Shown here piece after piece: positions 59,833-64,000 of a stretch of 64,000 nucleotides of DNA (within the stretch, counting starts at the first letter, position 1; every line of letters begins with the position of its first letter). Both the position numbers and the translations under genes were made by a program. Below the pieces are notes generated by a model that had not been told where the DNA came from, ran no database searches, and was given only the letters and a program-made list of their open reading frames with translations. The DNA is from Pecten maximus. Taxonomy: Eukaryota. The stretch covers positions 1,364,001 through 1,428,000 of the forward strand of contig NC_047029.1 of NCBI RefSeq assembly GCF_902652985.1, read 5' to 3'.

Positions 59833-61295
59833 TAATGGTTTACTCAACCTTCCCATCGGCCAATTCCGTAAAGAGTTTGATTCCGAGCAGCGACGGAATT
59901 TATCGAGATGTTTTCGTGTCGTCACTTCCGTATAACGTAATCTGGGATTGTATTCTTACCTTCCAAATCTTTCATGATGTATTCACATAGATTACTAGTC
60001 TGTATAATTTGATTTGCTAGTTAATAAATGTATTACGCCATGATTGGCTACCTGCTGTCCGTGGTGTCAACTTCCGTAGAGGAACAAGTGGGGGAATTGA
60101 TTATAAAACAAGAAATATCTTTAAAAAAGATAAACGACATAGTTCTAATGCTGGTGGTTATAATGAAAAACTGCTGGTAGAATAAATAAATAGAATAAAA
60201 TAATCATTTTTGGTGATAATAAGACTGCATTTGAATAAGGAATATAATTTCATTAATGTTACATTTGAAAGGATACATCCACTTATTCAGCTTGCATTCA
60301 ATCTTAACTTTGTTTCGTTTTTAACTGCATATCTGCATTTTGCATTCACCGCTACATTGACCAATCGCATACTTCATCTTGACCAGTAACGTCACCTGTC
60401 GCGTCATATCCGGGGCCAAAAGAATATTATACGGCTATGCCGAAAAATGTGATTGATAGAGACAGAGATCCGCATTATTGGGAATAGTTCTGCTATTCCA
60501 CGCATGGCGGCGCTGTTGCTTGGTTATGGTCGGAAGAGAGATATGACTATGAGAGAAGTACCACCTGACCAACAGGTTAACATAGAAACAGATTTCCACA
60601 TGGATTGTGTATAGTAAATTAAATTATAAGGATTAACTTGAAAACATCTTTATTTTATCTTTATTTTTTTGAGCTATAACACAAACAACTGGAGTGCACT
60701 GCTTCGCGGTTTATTAGAATAACCTCCGTTCTTCTCCAGAGCATAATATATATTCAAGTTAATCATTAAATATTTCAGTTGCTGTGGTTATTGATTAAGA
60801 TATACACGTGGATTTCCAGTATTACTAGTATACTATACATTAATTTCTCAATTATGCGTAAGAAAACAATAGATAATACATGTTTTTCCTGGTAATCCAT
60901 CATTTACTTCAATAACGACATACAATCTGACAATAAAAAACAAATTTGACAAATGAGATTAATACATTGTTCATTTTTGTACTAGCTGGGGTCAGGTCAA
61001 ATTCAGGTCAAATAAAAAGGTATTTATGTTAATGGATAAAATCCATTGTACTGACAGATTGAACTTAACCCAGCAGCTCAGGGTATCAGAAGTTACCGTT
61101 GTAACTGGAATGCATCTTTATCATATCCCGATAAATAATGAGTATTTGTTTGTTTCTTTTCTTGATATCTTTAATCAGAACGATCAATAGTTTATAGGTG
61201 TTCAAAAAACATAAAATCGCAAGACAATGATATACAATATGTTGATATGATTCAATCTGCTACAGGTACTACATGGAACAGAAACGGATGATGAA

Positions 61296-62670
61296 TACCT
61301 GTACAGGTATATATACCGTCTACACAGATAAATACCTGTACAGGTATATATATACCGTCTACACAGATAAATACCTGTACAGGTATATATATACCGTCTA
61401 TACAGATAAATACCTGTACAGGTACACGTGTATATACCGTCTACACAGATAAATACCTGTACAGGTACACGTGTATATACCGTATACACAGATAAATACC
61501 TGTACAGGTACACGTGTATATACCGTCTACACAGATAAATACCTGTATAGGTACACGTGTATATACCGTCTACACAGATAAATACCTGTAAAGGTACACG
61601 TGTATATACCGTCTACACAGATAAATACCTGTACAGGTATACATACCGTCTACACAGATAAATACCTGTACAGGTATATATATACCGTGTACACAGATAA
61701 ATACCTGTACAGGTACACGTGTATATACCGTCTACACTGATAAATACCTGTAAAGGTACACGTGTATATACCGTCTACACAAATGAATACCTGTACAGGT
61801 ATACATACCGTCTACACAGATAAATACCTGTAAAGGTACACGTGTATATACCGTCTACACAGATAAATACATGTACAGGTACACGTGTATATACCGTCTA
61901 CACAGATAAATACATGTACAGGTACACGTGTATATACCGTCTACACAGATAAATACGGGTACAGGTATATATACCGTCTACACAGATAAATACATGTACA
62001 GGTACACGTGTATATACCGTCTACACAGATAAATACCTGTACAGGTACACGTGTATATACCGTCTACACAGATAAATACCTGTAAAGGTACACGTGTATA
62101 TACCGTCTACACAGATAAATACATGTACAGGTACACGTGTATATACCGTCTACACAGATAAATACGGGTACAGGTATATATACCGTCTACACAGATAAAT
62201 ACCTGTACAGGTACACGTGTATATACCGTCTACACAGATAAATACCTGTACACGTACACGTGTATATACCGTCTACACAGATAAATACCTGTACAGGTAC
62301 ACGTGTATATACCGTCTACACTGATAAATACCTGTACAGGTACACGTGTATATACCGTCTACACAGATAAATACCTGTACAGGTACACGTGTATATACCG
62401 TCTACACAGATAAATACCTGTACAGGTACACGTGTATATACCGTCTACACAGATAAATACCTGTACAGGTACACGTGTATATACCGTCTACACAGATAAA
62501 TACCTGTACAGGTACACGTGTATATACCGTCTACACAGATAAATACTTGTACAGGTACACGTGTATATACCGTCTTCACTGATAAATACCTGTACAGGTA
62601 CACGTGTATATACCGTATACACAGATAAATACCTGTACAGGTACACGTGTATATACCGTCTACACAGATA
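61296..62670. repeat. 43-bp minisatellite with palindromic cores
   Basis: GATAAATACCTGTACAGGTACACGTGTATATACCGTCTACACA; contains palindromes TACCTGTACAGGTA and TACACGTGTA. Confidence 0.95.
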
Positions 62671-63338
62671 CATATCCATATATATTCGCCATATTATTGT
62701 TCATTTTATCTGCAACGTATGCTTATCTGTATGTTCTATTTCATTTGGAAAATCCTTAAAACTCAAATTCTATCATACTTTATGCACTTATGGAGTTATG
62801 ACCAGTAATCAGAATCCACACACACAACATCCACACATGGAGTATATATACCAATAATCAGAATCCACACACGGAGTATATGTACCAATAGTCAGTATTA
62901 TTCTGCTGGTTCGTCCTTTCAGTTCTTAAACAGCAATATGTATTAACCAGATGAGGGGAAAATAGAGCAGGAATCGTGTTCCTCACCTCTACATTCGCTG
63001 ACATGTGGCAGATCGGACTGACCATTTGTCACGTGAGGGTCATCTTCACGCGGTCGTTTATTACAGAAACACCCTAAAAATACCTTCCGGTTACAAAAAT
63101 ACTCATCTGTCAGCCACAAAGTCCCTAGGAATAACAAAACATAAAAATACAGTACATGTACATGCGTGTATATGACAGCTGTTTTTAGCAGGTATGACCC
63201 CAAATCGTAACTTGTATTTGCTTTGTTTTTGTTTTGTTTTGTTTGTATGTTGGTAATTTTAATTATTTATCAATATTTTTTAATTGTTTGCCAGGTCGCG
63301 GCCACCATTTATTTTTTATTTCATATTGTCTGTTTCAG

Positions 63339-64000
63339 ATGTCCTTCCGGGATCACCGCAACGTCAACATGGAGTCCAAGTTGAAGGAGGTGAACCACCT
63401 TGACAACATGAGCAAAGGAATGAACAAGGCGCGGGAGTATCTCATACTATTTCTCACCTACATACTTTACAAGATCACACGCTCCATCGTCGTGACCTTC
63501 CAGAAGTTTACGTGGGCAGTTACCGGTGTCGAGAGGACACGGAAGGACGCACAGCGAGGATTACAATTTAAACTAAGTGCGCATGTCCAGAATGTTTTAT
63601 GGCGACGGAAGTTGTTTGGTATGACGATGGCTGACCCGTCTGATTTCATTACAACACATAAATGTTTTAAACATCCAAATTATGTGCTAAAGCCCCAGAT
63701 ATCTTTATATTGTATCACCAAGAAGGAGGCCATATTTGTTGAAGTTAAGGAGGGAACAGATATACATGGATCATCAGAAGATACGTCATTATTTGAGGAA
63801 CAGTTTAAGCATGCTCAGTGTCTCATCTCCATTCCTCTGGCCTCATTTCATAAGGTAGCTTCAGATCTCGGAGCTCCCAGGGTACCTATCATATGGATCT
63901 CAAGCACCGGGCGTTACGGTTCCACTCTTCTCACGCGTGTGTTTGCGCAACTTCCGGGTATGATGGTATTGTCGGAGCCCGATGTCCTTACTAGTCTAGC
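63339..64000 (+). CDS. Sulfotransferase-like protein, 5' part (runs off the window)
   Basis: Acceptor TTTCAG at 63338, then an open frame MSFRDHRNVNMESKL...YLILFLTYILY (hydrophobic)...IIWISSTGRYGSTLLTRVF...VLSEPD, matching the PAPS-binding 5'-PSB loop; no stop to base 64000. Confidence 0.75.
   Translation, partial: MSFRDHRNVNMESKLKEVNHLDNMSKGMNKAREYLILFLTYILYKITRSIVVTFQKFTWAVTGVERTRKDAQRGLQFKLSAHVQNVLWRRKLFGMTMADPSDFITTHKCFKHPNYVLKPQISLYCITKKEAIFVEVKEGTDIHGSSEDTSLFEEQFKHAQCLISIPLASFHKVASDLGAPRVPIIWISSTGRYGSTLLTRVFAQLPGMMVLSEPDVLTSL

Noticed and set aside
60631-60764. 12-bp inverted repeat GATTAACTTGAA...TTCAAGTTAATC
   Set aside because: Too short and no clear TSD; cannot support a MITE call.

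Overview
AT-rich, intron-containing eukaryotic (invertebrate, probably bivalve/mollusc; inferred from SINE types and repeat landscape) genomic DNA, mostly repeats. The main object is a 9,259-bp endogenous virus-like Polinton/Maverick (adintovirus-type) element at 3159-12417. It has an exact 6-bp target-site duplication (ACAATC) and 1.1-1.6 kb terminal inverted repeats whose outermost ~136 bp form a near-perfect hairpin. It carries a one-strand cassette: rve integrase-chromodomain, C2H2-FtsK/A32 packaging ATPase, pX-like core protein, conserved unknown protein, small 2-TM protein, minor capsid, amphipathic protein fused to an N-truncated major capsid, and adenain-like protease. No protein-primed DNA polymerase B or other replication gene is visible. 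It inserted into a decayed PIN/FEN1-like + CXC gene that rejoins in frame across the TSD. The rest holds a spliced gene for a catalytically degenerate DEDDh exonuclease-like protein (26736-34897), a 1.3-kb tandem unit carrying copies of that gene's last exon, nine minisatellite arrays (several with palindromic units), SINEs, LINE/Gypsy fragments, MITEs, two tiny hairpin insertions, and the start of a sulfotransferase-like gene at the right edge. Protein identities come from motif recognition by eye, not database searches.
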